A stretch of 41,939 nt of DNA from Mycobacterium sp. (lineage in GTDB: Bacteria; Actinomycetota; Actinomycetes; Mycobacteriales; Mycobacteriaceae). Numbering within the stretch: the first letter of the stretch is position 1; each line of letters starts with the position of its first letter. The stretch spans positions 1 to 41,939 of the forward strand of contig JBEVHG010000195.1 in NCBI GenBank assembly GCA_040511335.1, given 5' to 3'. Shown here piece by piece: positions 30,452 through 41,939 of this stretch. The notes beneath the pieces are model-generated. The model ran no database searches, was not told the origin of the DNA, and was given only the letters and a program-made list of their open reading frames with translations. The position numbers and the translations under genes were made by a program.

Positions 30452-32851
30452 ATGACTACGCGTGCAGCGGGCGATAAAGGGTCGGCGGTCCGCGGACGGG
30501 TCTCGCGGTGGCGTTCGTACGTCGAGCCGGCCCTGGCGGTGCTCACGGTCGGCGCACTGGCGGCCGGTGGCATCGCGTGGCTCGCCGGATGGCGTGGGGT
30601 AGCCGACGCGTGCTGGATCGCCGGCACGTTGGTCGCGGTCGTGCCCGCGGTGCTGTGGGTTCTTGCGGCGCTGCGGCGCGGGAGGGCCGGTGTTGATCTG
30701 ATCGCGGTGCTGTCGCTGGTCGGCACGCTGCTCGTCGGCGAGTACGTGGCGGGTGCGTTGATCGCGGTGATGCTGGCCGGTGGGCGTGCACTGGAAGCGG
30801 CCGCCGAGCGCCGCGCGTCACATGACTTGCGTGCCCTACTCGAGCACGCACCGCGATTCGCCCGTCGACGCATCGGCTCAGAGGTGAATGTCATACCAGT
30901 CGCCGAGGTTGCGGTCGACGATCTGCTGGTCGTCGGCCCGGGCGAGGTGGTGCCGGTGGATGGGCGCATCGTCGATAAGGTGGCCGTGCTGGACGAATCG
31001 GTACTGACCGGCGAACCGCTGCAGGTGGAACGTGTTGCCGGTGAGCCGGTCCGCAGCGGTGTGGTCAACGCGGGCAACGCATTCGAGCTGCGTGCCACCG
31101 CGACCGCGCAGGACAGCACGTACGCGGGCATCGTCCGGTTGGCCGAACAAGCCGGGGCCGAAAACGCGCCGATCGTGCGGCTGGCCGACCGGTCCGCCGC
31201 GTGGTTCCTGCCGCTGGCGCTGCTGATCGCGGGCGCGGCGTGGCTGGCGAGCGGGTCCGCGGTGCGAGCGGTCGCCGTGTTGGTGGTGGCGACTCCGTGC
31301 CCCCTGTTGCTTGCCGCACCGGTGGCGATCGTCTCGGGATTGTCACGCGCATCGCGTCAGGGTGTGGTGATCCGCAGCGGTGGCGCGTTGGAGAACCTCG
31401 GGCACGCAACGACTCTGGTGATGGACAAGACCGGCACTCTCACGATGGGGCGTCCGGTCGTTGTCGACATCTTGACCGCACCGGGACGTGATGCCACCGA
31501 GGTATTGCGGTTGGCGGCGTCGGTGGACCAGATGTCGCCGCATGTGCTGGCCGCGGCCATCGTCACCGAGGCCCTCACCCGCGGCCTGCAGCTGTCGCTG
31601 CCCAACGATGTGGTCGAACAGCCTGGCCGGGGCGTCACCGCCACGATCGACGGTCGCCGGGTTCAGGTCGGCAAACCGCCCGGCGACACGGTCGACGCGG
31701 GATGGGCCCGGGCGGCGGTGAACCGGGCACGCCTGGACTCGGCCGCGATCGCGTGGGTGTGCGTCGATGGGGAGCCGGGCGGTGCCGTTTTGCTGCGAGA
31801 CCCGTTGCGCCGAAACGCGCCCCGTACCGTGCGGCGGTTACGTGCAGCCGGACTGAACCGGTTGGTCATGCTGACCGGCGACCGCGCCGAACCGGCCCGC
31901 GAGGTCGCCACTGTGCTCGGACTGGACGAGGTCTACGCGCAACAGAGCCCGGCCGACAAGGTCGCCGCGGTGCGTGCGGAACGCGGTCGCGCGGTGACCG
32001 TGATGGTCGGCGACGGGGTCAACGACGCTCCGGCGTTGGCCGCGGCCACTGTCGGTGTCGCGATGGGCGCGCGCGGCGCGACGGCTTCCTCTGAGGCCGC
32101 TGACATCGTGTTGACCACCGATCGCCTGGATCGTCTCGCCGATGCAATGGACATCGCCCGCTGGTCGCGGCGCATCGCCGTGCAGAGCGCCGCGGTCGGC
32201 ATGACGTTGTCGTTGGTGGCCATGGTGATTGCCGCGCTGGGATGGTTGCCGCCCGCCGCAGGTGCGCTGCTGCAGGAGGGCATCGACGTCGCCGTGATCC
32301 TCAACGCGCTGCGCGCCCTGAGGGGCAACCCCGCCGTCGAGGTCGAGCTGCCCGCCGAAACCGAAGAGATGTTGCGCCGCTTCGCGGCCGAGCACGACGA
32401 ACTGCGGGACACGATCGGATCGCTGCGCGACGCCGCCGACCGTCTGGCCGCCGGTGCCGATCCCGCAGCACTGGACTCATTGACCCACGCGTACGCCTTC
32501 TTGACTGAGCGGATCCTGCCCCACGAACATGCCGAGGAGACTCAGCTCTACCCCGCACTGGCCCGCCCGCTGGGTAGCAGTGAGGCCACCGCCACCATGA
32601 GCAGAACCCACGCCGAAATTCAGCGATTGACCGATCGGATAGGCACGCATGTTGCGCTCGCTCAGGCCAGCAACGGAATACAGGCCGACCAGGTCGATGA
32701 CCTGCTCGCGTGTCTGTATGGGCTCTACACGCTGCTGCGGCTGCACTTCCTCCAGGAGGAAGAGAACTACTTCACGCTTACCGTAGACGAGTCGGAAACT
32801 ACCGAAATGCGCTGCCCACCAAAGTCACACGACAAGAATGCGTCACTGTGA
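30452..32851 (+). CDS. P1B-5-type heavy-metal ATPase with C-terminal hemerythrin domain
   Basis: GAGGAGG RBS; LTGEP, ATPCPL, DKTGTLT, MLTGD, GDGVNDAP, QEGID; C-terminal EHDEL..HEHAEE..H..HFLQEE. Confidence 0.9.
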   Translation: MTTRAAGDKGSAVRGRVSRWRSYVEPALAVLTVGALAAGGIAWLAGWRGVADACWIAGTLVAVVPAVLWVLAALRRGRAGVDLIAVLSLVGTLLVGEYVAGALIAVMLAGGRALEAAAERRASHDLRALLEHAPRFARRRIGSEVNVIPVAEVAVDDLLVVGPGEVVPVDGRIVDKVAVLDESVLTGEPLQVERVAGEPVRSGVVNAGNAFELRATATAQDSTYAGIVRLAEQAGAENAPIVRLADRSAAWFLPLALLIAGAAWLASGSAVRAVAVLVVATPCPLLLAAPVAIVSGLSRASRQGVVIRSGGALENLGHATTLVMDKTGTLTMGRPVVVDILTAPGRDATEVLRLAASVDQMSPHVLAAAIVTEALTRGLQLSLPNDVVEQPGRGVTATIDGRRVQVGKPPGDTVDAGWARAAVNRARLDSAAIAWVCVDGEPGGAVLLRDPLRRNAPRTVRRLRAAGLNRLVMLTGDRAEPAREVATVLGLDEVYAQQSPADKVAAVRAERGRAVTVMVGDGVNDAPALAAATVGVAMGARGATASSEAADIVLTTDRLDRLADAMDIARWSRRIAVQSAAVGMTLSLVAMVIAALGWLPPAAGALLQEGIDVAVILNALRALRGNPAVEVELPAETEEMLRRFAAEHDELRDTIGSLRDAADRLAAGADPAALDSLTHAYAFLTERILPHEHAEETQLYPALARPLGSSEATATMSRTHAEIQRLTDRIGTHVALAQASNGIQADQVDDLLACLYGLYTLLRLHFLQEEENYFTLTVDESETTEMRCPPKSHDKNASL

Positions 32852-34257
32852 CGCAGCCAAACGGGGTCGATGCCGTCCGGGACTTCCTTTCAACGGGTTG
32901 GGACGCATACCGAGCCGGCAGACAAGGGCGGGCCGGCGTTGCCCGGCGTCAGCAGGAGCGCTTGTGCAACTTAGTTGCTTACGCTCGTGGCCATTCCGCG
33001 TACTTCGCCTGCCGCTACCGCGACGTGCCCGAGGTGGTGACAGATGTCGCGCAGCTGCCTGTGGCGACCAAAGCGGAGATGATGTGTCACCTCGATCAGT
33101 GGGTGACGGATCCGTTGGTGAACCGGGAGCAGGCGGAGGCCTTCATCGCAAATCCCGCCTTGATCGGCCACGATTACGTGGATCGCTATATGGTGTGCAC
33201 CACCTCTGGCTCGACAGGGACGCCGGCGATCCTCCTGCACGACCATGACGCTTTGACCATCTACAACGTGCTGGGCTACGTCCGCGCGTTACCCGTGGCG
33301 TTGTTCTCTGTGCGCAACCTGTGGGCGCTGCTGCGCAGTCGGGGCAGACTCGCAGCCGTCTTCGTCACCGGGGGCCATTTCCTGGGCAACACCATGATGG
33401 CCCGGCGCCTGCGGACCATGCCGTGGCGCGCAAGGATGCAGCGGCTGTTTTCCGCCCTCTCTCCCCTACGTGAGTTGGTCGCGGACCTCAATGCGTTCCA
33501 GCCTGTCGTGCTGGGCGGATATCCCAGTGCTTTGCAGTCGCTGGCGGAGGAGCAGCAGGCGGGGAGGCTCCATATTCATCCGGTTCTGGTCAGTGCTGCC
33601 GGCGAAACGCTCACCGCTGCGGCACGCGAGCAGATCGAAGCGGCCTTCGGCTGTCGAGTGGGCAACTATTACGGTTCCTCTGAGGCTGTCGGCTTGACGT
33701 ACGAATGTGCGGCCCAGCGACTGCATGTCAACAGTGACTGGTACATCCTCGAACCCGTCGATGCGCACGACCGGCCAGTACCGCCCGGGCAGCTGTCTCA
33801 CGATGTGCTGGTGACGAACCTGGCCAACCGGATTCAACCCATCATCCGTTACCGGCTGGGAGATCGCGTGGCGATCAGCCCCGAACCTTGTTCCTGCGGA
33901 AGCCCGTTCCCACAGATTCGTGTCATCGGGCGCACGGACGACGTCCTGCTCTTTCCCACACCGGAAGGCGGACAGATCCGCATCCTGCCGTTAGCGATTT
34001 CGACGGTGGCGGAGCAGACGCCGGGCGTAGCGAGCTGGCAGCTCATCCAGCACGAGCCGTTGAACCTCACGGTGCGACTCGCGGTGAAGAGGCCAGAGGA
34101 GGAGCAGGCGGTATGGGACACACTGCAACAACGCCTGGGCACCTTCCTGGCCCAGCAGGGCGCCACTGACGTGGCCGTCGAGAAAGCCGCGGAACCGCCA
34201 CAACTACACCCTCGAAGCGGCAAGTTCCGGCAGGTCTACATCGAACTCACGCGGTAG
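32848..34257 (+). CDS. Phenylacetate-CoA ligase (PaaK)-family adenylate-forming enzyme
   Basis: GTGA-coupled; TTSGSTGTP, YGSSE, VTNL..IIRYRLGD, GRTDD, SGKFR. Confidence 0.85.
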   Translation: MTQPNGVDAVRDFLSTGWDAYRAGRQGRAGVARRQQERLCNLVAYARGHSAYFACRYRDVPEVVTDVAQLPVATKAEMMCHLDQWVTDPLVNREQAEAFIANPALIGHDYVDRYMVCTTSGSTGTPAILLHDHDALTIYNVLGYVRALPVALFSVRNLWALLRSRGRLAAVFVTGGHFLGNTMMARRLRTMPWRARMQRLFSALSPLRELVADLNAFQPVVLGGYPSALQSLAEEQQAGRLHIHPVLVSAAGETLTAAAREQIEAAFGCRVGNYYGSSEAVGLTYECAAQRLHVNSDWYILEPVDAHDRPVPPGQLSHDVLVTNLANRIQPIIRYRLGDRVAISPEPCSCGSPFPQIRVIGRTDDVLLFPTPEGGQIRILPLAISTVAEQTPGVASWQLIQHEPLNLTVRLAVKRPEEEQAVWDTLQQRLGTFLAQQGATDVAVEKAAEPPQLHPRSGKFRQVYIELTR

Positions 34258-34313
34258 CCGGGACGAGGTCGAGATACTTGCGCACCACGGGCCGACCCGG
34301 CAGTTGCCGGAAC

Positions 34314-35040
34314 CTACACCTCGCCGGGCGTGAACCCATCGGCAGTCGCGAACACCTCGGCCAGCGCCTCCTCAAAGGCCATGTGGTCGTCCAGCACCGC
34401 CTCGAGCAGTGCCGAGATCTCGGAGGCGCCGCGGTAACAACGGTCACCGTGACCATCGGCGAGCAGGGCAACGCTGCCGGCCTGCGTCATCGCCAAGCTC
34501 TTGCGCAGTACGTCGAGCGTCCGATCACGGCTGCTGTCCGCCCACCTGGGGAACAGCGGAAAAGTGGTGTCCGCCATACAGAGCAGCCGATGCTTGGGGA
34601 TGTACACAAGCAGGTCACAGCAGGAGTGCGAGCGGCCGTCGAGCACATAGACGTCGTCGGCCCCCAAGCGCCACCCATCCCAGCTGACGCCACCGATGTC
34701 GATCGGCTGACTCGGGCGATCGTCGATCGCTTCCATGTTTCCCGAGAGTCTCCGACAGGTGCGAACTGCGCAGCCGAAACGCGAACAGCCACCGCATGAC
34801 ACGCGCGTGGCCGACGGCGAGGCCGAGCGCGTCGCGCAGAAGTGCGGCCATCCGGTACCTGGCACGCTCAGTCTGGTAGCTCGACACGGGATCGTACACG
34901 GCTTCCATCCGGCCGAACTGTTCAGCGAAGTACCGGGCCGCGTCGAGTTGCGCAGGGTCCATGCCGCTGCGCAGCAGGTAGTGGCGCTTGGTATCGGCCT
35001 GAACCTCTGCGATCAGATCGTTGTTGCAGATGTGGTCGAG
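34314..35040 (-). pseudogene. Metallo-beta-lactamase-fold hydrolase remnant with multiple frameshifts
   Basis: LDHICNND (tail of HxHxDH), GRSHS..LLVYIP..RLLCMAD, LADGHG spread over different frames; boundaries approximate. Confidence 0.6.
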
Positions 35041-35146
35041 AAGGGCCCCTGCAGGGTCGAGAGCGGCCGGAAGCGTTCTGATTCCATGACTTTTCCAATT
35101 TTATGCGCGGCAAAGGGATCGGCGGATCGCTCGCTCCAACCGAAAG

Positions 35147-35551
35147 TTATTTCGTCAGCTTCAGTTTCACGAACTTGTCGATGCCGAACCGCTGGAAGGC
35201 CCGTCGACGTCGGGGTGACAGCTGTGGCGCGGCCGATGCCGCGTCGATGATTTCGGGCTCGGCGACATCGTGGGTTTGGCCGCTGACCGTGATCGTCGCT
35301 TGCCCGGCGGCGAGCACGTTGCGCAGCCAGTCGACACCTCTGCCGTATGGCAGCGGAAGAATGAAACCGTCCGCCACTCGGTCGGCCACGACGGGTGTGG
35401 CGTAGTTCTTCCCCGACCGGCGCCCGGTGTGCCGAATAACCGCCGCATACCAGTGCTTGCGGCCGGCCAAATGCAACATCGCGGGGTTGAGCAGGTACTT
35501 GTTGAACGTGCGCACGGCGTCTCGGAGCGGTGCCATCGTGCTATTGGCCAT
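35147..35551 (-). CDS. Deazaflavin (F420)-dependent nitroreductase-family oxidoreductase
   Basis: HTGRRSGKNYATPV, LPYG..VDWLRNVLAAG. Confidence 0.85.
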   Translation of the reverse strand: MANSTMAPLRDAVRTFNKYLLNPAMLHLAGRKHWYAAVIRHTGRRSGKNYATPVVADRVADGFILPLPYGRGVDWLRNVLAAGQATITVSGQTHDVAEPEIIDAASAAPQLSPRRRRAFQRFGIDKFVKLKLTK

Positions 35552-35583
35552 GCCCCGATGCTCGTCAGCCACAGTTCCGGCAG

Positions 35584-35626
35584 ACAGGGCCGACCGGACC
35601 AACAATTGAGGGACTTAAGGCATCAG
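35584..35626. promoter_or_regulatory. DosR-box-like sites upstream of the F420 oxidoreductase
   Basis: TGAGGGACTTAAGGCATCAG (35607-35626); weaker ACAGGGCCGACCGGACCAAC (35584-35603). Confidence 0.6.
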
Positions 35627-36216
35627 CGCAACCGGGACTCTGCGCCATCACGGCCCCACTCAGCAAAGGGCGGGCGCTCGCCCCGGTCGATCGCCCGGAT
35701 GCTGGTCCGGCCGACGTGAGCAAAGACCAGTCGCCGCACACCCGCGGTGTGCGCCGCCGCCGCCACGTCGCGCACACAGGCGTGGCCGCCGACGCCGCGG
35801 GCGAACCGGATCGGCCGGTTCCACCCCGCCGCATCGGCGAACATGAGATCGGCCCCGGCCGCCCACTGGGGTAACTCCCAGAACTCCGGCGCCCACGCGG
35901 CCCGCTGCCGGGTCGTCTCGATCAGATATCCGTAACTCGGATGTGAGGTGTACCGCACCGGCAGCGGCGACACCCGCATCAGCCTGAATGCAGCCGCGGC
36001 CGGGAGCCACCCCTAGCTCTGCGGCCCGCCGGCGGACGCACGGCATCAACTCCGCATGCTCATCGCTGACCAGCCAGGCATCCAGTGGCCGGCCGGGGTC
36101 GGCGGAACCCCCGCCGTCGAGCATCACCCGGTGGCTCGCCCAACAAACCAGCAGCCCAGCAGGCCGGTAGCGGGGCGAGTTCATCGCCCGACTCCGAGCA
36201 AGACCAGCCGCGGCAC
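35623..36216 (-). pseudogene. MBL-fold (RNase Z/PhnP-like) protein with two frameshifts
   Basis: GTG 36216 PRLVLLGVG / MNSPRYRPAGLLV..VMLDGG / YTSHPSYGYLI..ADLMFADA..GGH..RRLVFAH in three segments. Confidence 0.65.
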
Positions 36217-36233
36217 TTACTCGCTCCCCCGTC

Positions 36234-36275
36234 CTGAGGACGACTGTCGGTCCAGTTGATGACTTTCGTCTCTAT
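36234..36275. promoter_or_regulatory. DosR-box pair upstream of the acsA-pdh operon
   Basis: CTGAGGACGACTGTCGGTCC (36234-36253) and TTGATGACTTTCGTCTCTAT (36256-36275). Confidence 0.55.
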
Positions 36276-36333
36276 TTTCAGTTAGTCGGCTCGAAAACGA
36301 TGAAAGCGTTACACGCGACCGAAAGGGACTGTA

Positions 36334-36588
36334 ATGACGCCAGCCGACCACGTTGAGCTGACAAGACGGGAATTCGACGCCATCGCGTGGAAGTTTCTCC
36401 GTTCCGAGTTCGCCGGACAGATCTATGCCGACTGGCCGATCGACCGGCGCATCGATGCCTACCTGCAGCACCACGGGCCGGCCGACATCGTCAACGACGG
36501 ATCCGCCTTCAACGCACTGCTCGAACGCGTCATGGCCAACATCGGTCCCGCGCTGCGCAACGGAGTTCTCGCGCCGCCGACCAACTAG
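36334..36588 (+). CDS. Small hypothetical protein (84 aa)
   Basis: AAAGGGA RBS, protein-like composition, ends 7 nt before acsA. Confidence 0.7.
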   Translation: MTPADHVELTRREFDAIAWKFLRSEFAGQIYADWPIDRRIDAYLQHHGPADIVNDGSAFNALLERVMANIGPALRNGVLAPPTN

Positions 36589-36595
36589 GACCACC

Positions 36596-38388
<1,793 letters not shown>

Positions 38389-38392
<4 letters not shown>

Positions 38393-39366
38393 CCGACCAT
38401 GATCTCGCGTACGGGCTGCTGTCGGACATGGTGCGGGTGCGCCGGATGGAAGAAAAGTGCGCAGAACTCTACGGGGAAGCCAAGATTCGTGGATTCCTGC
38501 ACCTGTACGTCGGTGAGGAGGCCGTCGCCGCGGGTTCACTGCGGGCCCTGACCGCCGAGGACGCGGTGGTGGCCACGTATCGCGAGCATGCCCATGCACT
38601 GCTGTGCGGTCTCCCGATGACCTCGATCATGGCCGAAATGTTCGGCAAGCAGGAGGGCTGCTCGCGGGGCAGGGGCGGGTCGATGCACCTGTTCGACGCC
38701 GCCACCCGTTTCTACGGGGGTAACGCGATCGTCGCCGGCGGGCTGCCGCTGGCGGTGGGTCTGGCGCTGGCCGACGCGACCCTGCATCGCAACCGGGTCA
38801 CCGCCTGCTATTTCGGCGACGGTGCCGTCGCCGAAGGCGCGTTCCACGAGTCGCTGAACATGGCCGCGCTGTGGCGGCTACCGGTGCTGTTCTGTTGCGA
38901 GAACAACCTTTATGCGATGGGCACCGCGCTGCACCGAGCCCAGTCACAGACCGACCTCACAGCGAAGGCTGCCTCGTACAAGGTGCCCACCCTCGCGGTC
39001 GACGGGATGGACGTCATTGCGTGCCACGACGCGGCGCAACAGGGTACCGATCACGTCCGCGACACCGGCGGCCCGTTCTTTATCGAGTTTCGCACCTATC
39101 GTTTCCGCGCGCACTCGATGTTCGACCCGGAGCTGTATCGCGACAAGGCCGAGGTCGAGCAATGGCGCAAGCGCGATCCGATCCGGCTCTTTGCCGACCA
39201 GTGCCTGCGCGATGGCACCCTCACCGCCGACGACGTCGCCTCGATCGAAGCCGCCGCCGATCAGGAAGTCGACGCCGCGGTCGCATTCGCCGACGCCGGA
39301 ACCTGGGAAAGCATCGACGATCTCGAGCGCGACGTCCACACCCCTGTACCGGAGCCGGCACGATGA
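38389..39366 (+). CDS. pdhA: Pyruvate dehydrogenase E1 alpha
   Basis: [21 protein letters not shown] motif GDGA...[13 protein letters not shown]. Confidence 0.92.
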
Positions 39367-40340
39367 AAACGACCTACCGAACCGCGGTTCACGACGCCAT
39401 CCGTGACGCATTGCGGGACGACCCACGCGTCGTACTGATGGGCGAGGACGTGGGCCGCTACGGCGGCACCTATGCCGCGTCCAAGGGCCTGCTGGAGGAG
39501 TTCGGCCCCGACCGGGTACGCGATACTCCGTTGTCGGAGTTGGGTTTCGTCGGCGTCGGGATCGGCGCGGCACTGAACGGACTGCGCCCGATCGTCGAAG
39601 TCATGACGGTGAACTTCAGCCTGCTGGCTCTCGACCAGATCGTCAATACCGCTGCGGCGCTGCGACATATGTCCGGCGGCCAGTTCTCGGTCCCGCTCGT
39701 CGTTCGGATGGCGACTGGGGCCGGCCGTCAGTTGGCGGCCCAGCACTCACACAGTCTGGAGTGTTGGTATGCCCACGTTCCCGGCATCAAGGTGCTCTCC
39801 CCGGCCACGGTGGCAGACGCGTACGGCATGCTGGGCACCGCGCTGGCCGACCCGGATCCGGTGGTGATCTTCGAACACGTCCAGCTCTACAACACGACCA
39901 CCGATCTTGACGGCCTGATCCCAACCGATATCTCCCGCGCCGCGATCCGCCGCCTCGGATCCGACGTCACGGTGATCACCTACGGCGGCTGCCTACCGAA
40001 AGCGCTCGACGCCGCAAACGAGCTGTCTCTGGCCGGAATCGATTGCGAGGTAATCGATTTGCGTGTCCTGCGACCCCTGGATACCGACACGATCCTCCAA
40101 TCTGTACGCAAGACACACCGCGCCGTAGTCGTCGACGAAGCCTGGCGCACGGGCAGCCTGGCCGCCGAAATCAGCGCGCGCATCGTGGAGGGCGCGTTCT
40201 TCGACCTCGACGCACCGATCACCCGTGTCTGCAGCGCCGAAGTGCCGATTCCATACGCCAAGCACCTGGAGCAGGCGGCGCTGCCGCAGCCGGACAAGAT
40301 CGTCGCCGCCGTGAAGAACCTCTTCGGTGAGCGCCGATGA
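39363..40340 (+). CDS. pdhB: Pyruvate dehydrogenase E1 beta
   Basis: ATGA-coupled; [35 protein letters not shown]. Confidence 0.92.
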   Translation: MKTTYRTAVHDAIRDALRDDPRVVLMGEDVGRYGGTYAASKGLLEEFGPDRVRDTPLSELGFVGVGIGAALNGLRPIVEVMTVNFSLLALDQIVNTAAALRHMSGGQFSVPLVVRMATGAGRQLAAQHSHSLECWYAHVPGIKVLSPATVADAYGMLGTALADPDPVVIFEHVQLYNTTTDLDGLIPTDISRAAIRRLGSDVTVITYGGCLPKALDAANELSLAGIDCEVIDLRVLRPLDTDTILQSVRKTHRAVVVDEAWRTGSLAAEISARIVEGAFFDLDAPITRVCSAEVPIPYAKHLEQAALPQPDKIVAAVKNLFGERR

Positions 40341-41521
40341 TCGAGTTCAAGATGCCGGCGCTGGGCTCGGACATGGACGAGGGGACCCTCGACGAATGGC
40401 TCGTCAAGCCCGGGGACGCTGTGACCCGCGGCCAGGTCGTGGCGGTGGTCGAGACCACCAAGGCCGCGGTAGAGGTCGAATGCTGGCACGACGGCGTCGT
40501 CCAGGAATTGCTTGTACCGGTCGGTGAAACCGTCCAGGTCGGAACGGCATTGGCCACGCTGCTGGCAGCGGGTGACACCGCGGACGTGCCACCACGGACG
40601 GCGGTCACTCCGGCGCGAGCGGCCAAAAAGGCCGCGCGGGCGGCCCGGAAGCCCGCGCCCGCAGTCGCAGCGACGACAACACAGCGACGCCGTTGGGTGT
40701 CTCCCGCCGCGCGTCGCATCGCGGCGTCGCTGGGCGTCGACCTCGACACTGTGACCGGCACCGGCCCGCAGGGGGCGGTCACCATCAACGATGTCGAGCA
40801 CGCCGCGGCGTCGGCGAAGAAGCCGGAGACCAAGCCCACCGCGGCGGACCGAGCCGCCCAGATGCGAAAGTCCATCGCGGCCGCGATGAGCCGCTCTAAG
40901 CGGGAGATTCCGCACTACTACCTCGCCGACGAGATCATGATGGAGAAGGCGCTGACCTGGCTGGCCGAACGCAATGCGCAGCGTTCGATCACCGAGCGGC
41001 TGCTGCCTGCCGTCCTGCAGCTGAAGGCGGTCGCCCTTGCGGCCCAACGCTTCGGCGAGTTCAACGGGTTCTGGCGGGACGACGGGTTCCAGCCCGCCTC
41101 GGCCGTTCACGTCGGTGTCGCGATCTCGCTGCGCGGCGGCGGCCTCGTCGCACCGGCCATCCACGATGTCGCCGACAAGAACCTCGACGAATTGATGGGC
41201 AACCTCACCGATCTGGTGGCACGCGCGCGCGCCGGCTCGTTGCGCAGTTCGGAGATGTCGGACCCCTGCATCACGGTCACCAACCTCGGTGACAAAGGCG
41301 TCGACACAGTTTTCGGTGTGATCTACCCGCCGCAGGTGGCACTGGTCGGGTTTGGTAAGCCGGCGCAACGGGTTTGCGCCGTCGACGGCGGAATCCGCAT
41401 CGCCACCGCTGTGCAAGCCACACTGGCGGCCGACCACCGGGCGAGCGACGGTCACCGTGGCGCGTTGTTCCTCGCCGCGATCAACGAGTTGCTCCAACAG
41501 CCCGATGTCCTGGAGAAGTGA
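40337..41521 (+). CDS. pdhC: Dihydrolipoamide acyltransferase E2
   Basis: Lipoyl VETTKA, binding domain [14 protein letters not shown], catalytic DHRASDG. Confidence 0.9.
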   Translation: MIEFKMPALGSDMDEGTLDEWLVKPGDAVTRGQVVAVVETTKAAVEVECWHDGVVQELLVPVGETVQVGTALATLLAAGDTADVPPRTAVTPARAAKKAARAARKPAPAVAATTTQRRRWVSPAARRIAASLGVDLDTVTGTGPQGAVTINDVEHAAASAKKPETKPTAADRAAQMRKSIAAAMSRSKREIPHYYLADEIMMEKALTWLAERNAQRSITERLLPAVLQLKAVALAAQRFGEFNGFWRDDGFQPASAVHVGVAISLRGGGLVAPAIHDVADKNLDELMGNLTDLVARARAGSLRSSEMSDPCITVTNLGDKGVDTVFGVIYPPQVALVGFGKPAQRVCAVDGGIRIATAVQATLAADHRASDGHRGALFLAAINELLQQPDVLEK

Positions 41522-41527
41522 AACGCG

Positions 41528-41779
41528 ATGACGACCCAAGAAGACATTCGCGGAGTGGTCCTGTCGGTGCTGACGACCATCGCCCCGGAAGTGGAAGCCG
41601 ACGACATTCGGGATGACGTCCTACTACGCGATCAAGTCGACCTGGACTCGATGGACTGGTTGAACTTCCTTGTCGGTGTTCACAAACGACTGCAGGTCGA
41701 CATCCCCGAGTCGGCGTATGCGTCACTGCGGACACTCACCGACGTGGTCCGCTACGTGGACGAGCACGCGTCGGCATGA
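41528..41779 (+). CDS. Acyl carrier protein
   Basis: 83 aa acidic; DLDSMD phosphopantetheinylation motif; VDIPE. Confidence 0.88.
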   Translation: MTTQEDIRGVVLSVLTTIAPEVEADDIRDDVLLRDQVDLDSMDWLNFLVGVHKRLQVDIPESAYASLRTLTDVVRYVDEHASA

Positions 41780-41795
41780 CAGTGAACGCAGTCGT

Positions 41796-41939
41796 ATGTC
41801 TACGGTTGAAGAAAATAAGGCCGTCGCCCGCCTTTACTGCTTGGGCGATCCCACCAGGGATTGACCAACGTCGAAGTGTGGGACGAGATTTGCGATCCAG
41901 CAGTATCGCGGGTTTGCACTGACAGCAGGGCTCGTACTA
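41796..41939 (+). pseudogene. SnoaL-like/ester cyclase N-terminal remnant, frameshifted
   Basis: MSTVEENKAVARLY then NVEVWDEICDP in another frame; runs off the window. Confidence 0.45.

Overview
High-GC actinobacterial DNA, most likely a rapid-growing Mycobacterium/Mycolicibacterium. Almost the whole 42 kb reads as one hypoxia/dormancy (DosR-type) island, with paired DosR-box-like palindromes (consensus TTSGGGACTWWAGTCCCSAA) in front of most transcription units. Recognisable dormancy genes are an Rv2030c-like PRTase/erythromycin-esterase fusion, DUF1876, hspX, a tandem USP, otsB1, pfkB, an F420-dependent oxidoreductase, and frameshifted WS/DGAT and Rv2628-like genes. The energy genes are a complete group 3b [NiFe]-hydrogenase operon (hyhBGSL + protease), PEP synthase, a hemerythrin-fused P1B-5 ATPase and an acsA-pdhABC-ACP operon. 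The standout is a complete, tightly coupled nine-gene A/V-type rotary ATPase operon (G/H-C-I-K-F-E-A-B-D) just downstream of the hydrogenase, with its own DosR-box pair and a proton-type c subunit. This suggests a dormancy-induced fermentative H2 / proton-pumping module, which is not part of the canonical F1Fo-only mycobacterial picture. Many accessory genes are broken (phoU, arcD fused to an IS3 end, WS/DGAT, Rv2628-like, a second ppsA, two MBL-fold genes, a SnoaL-like gene) while the core energy genes are intact. All assignments come from motif recognition by eye; no searches were run.
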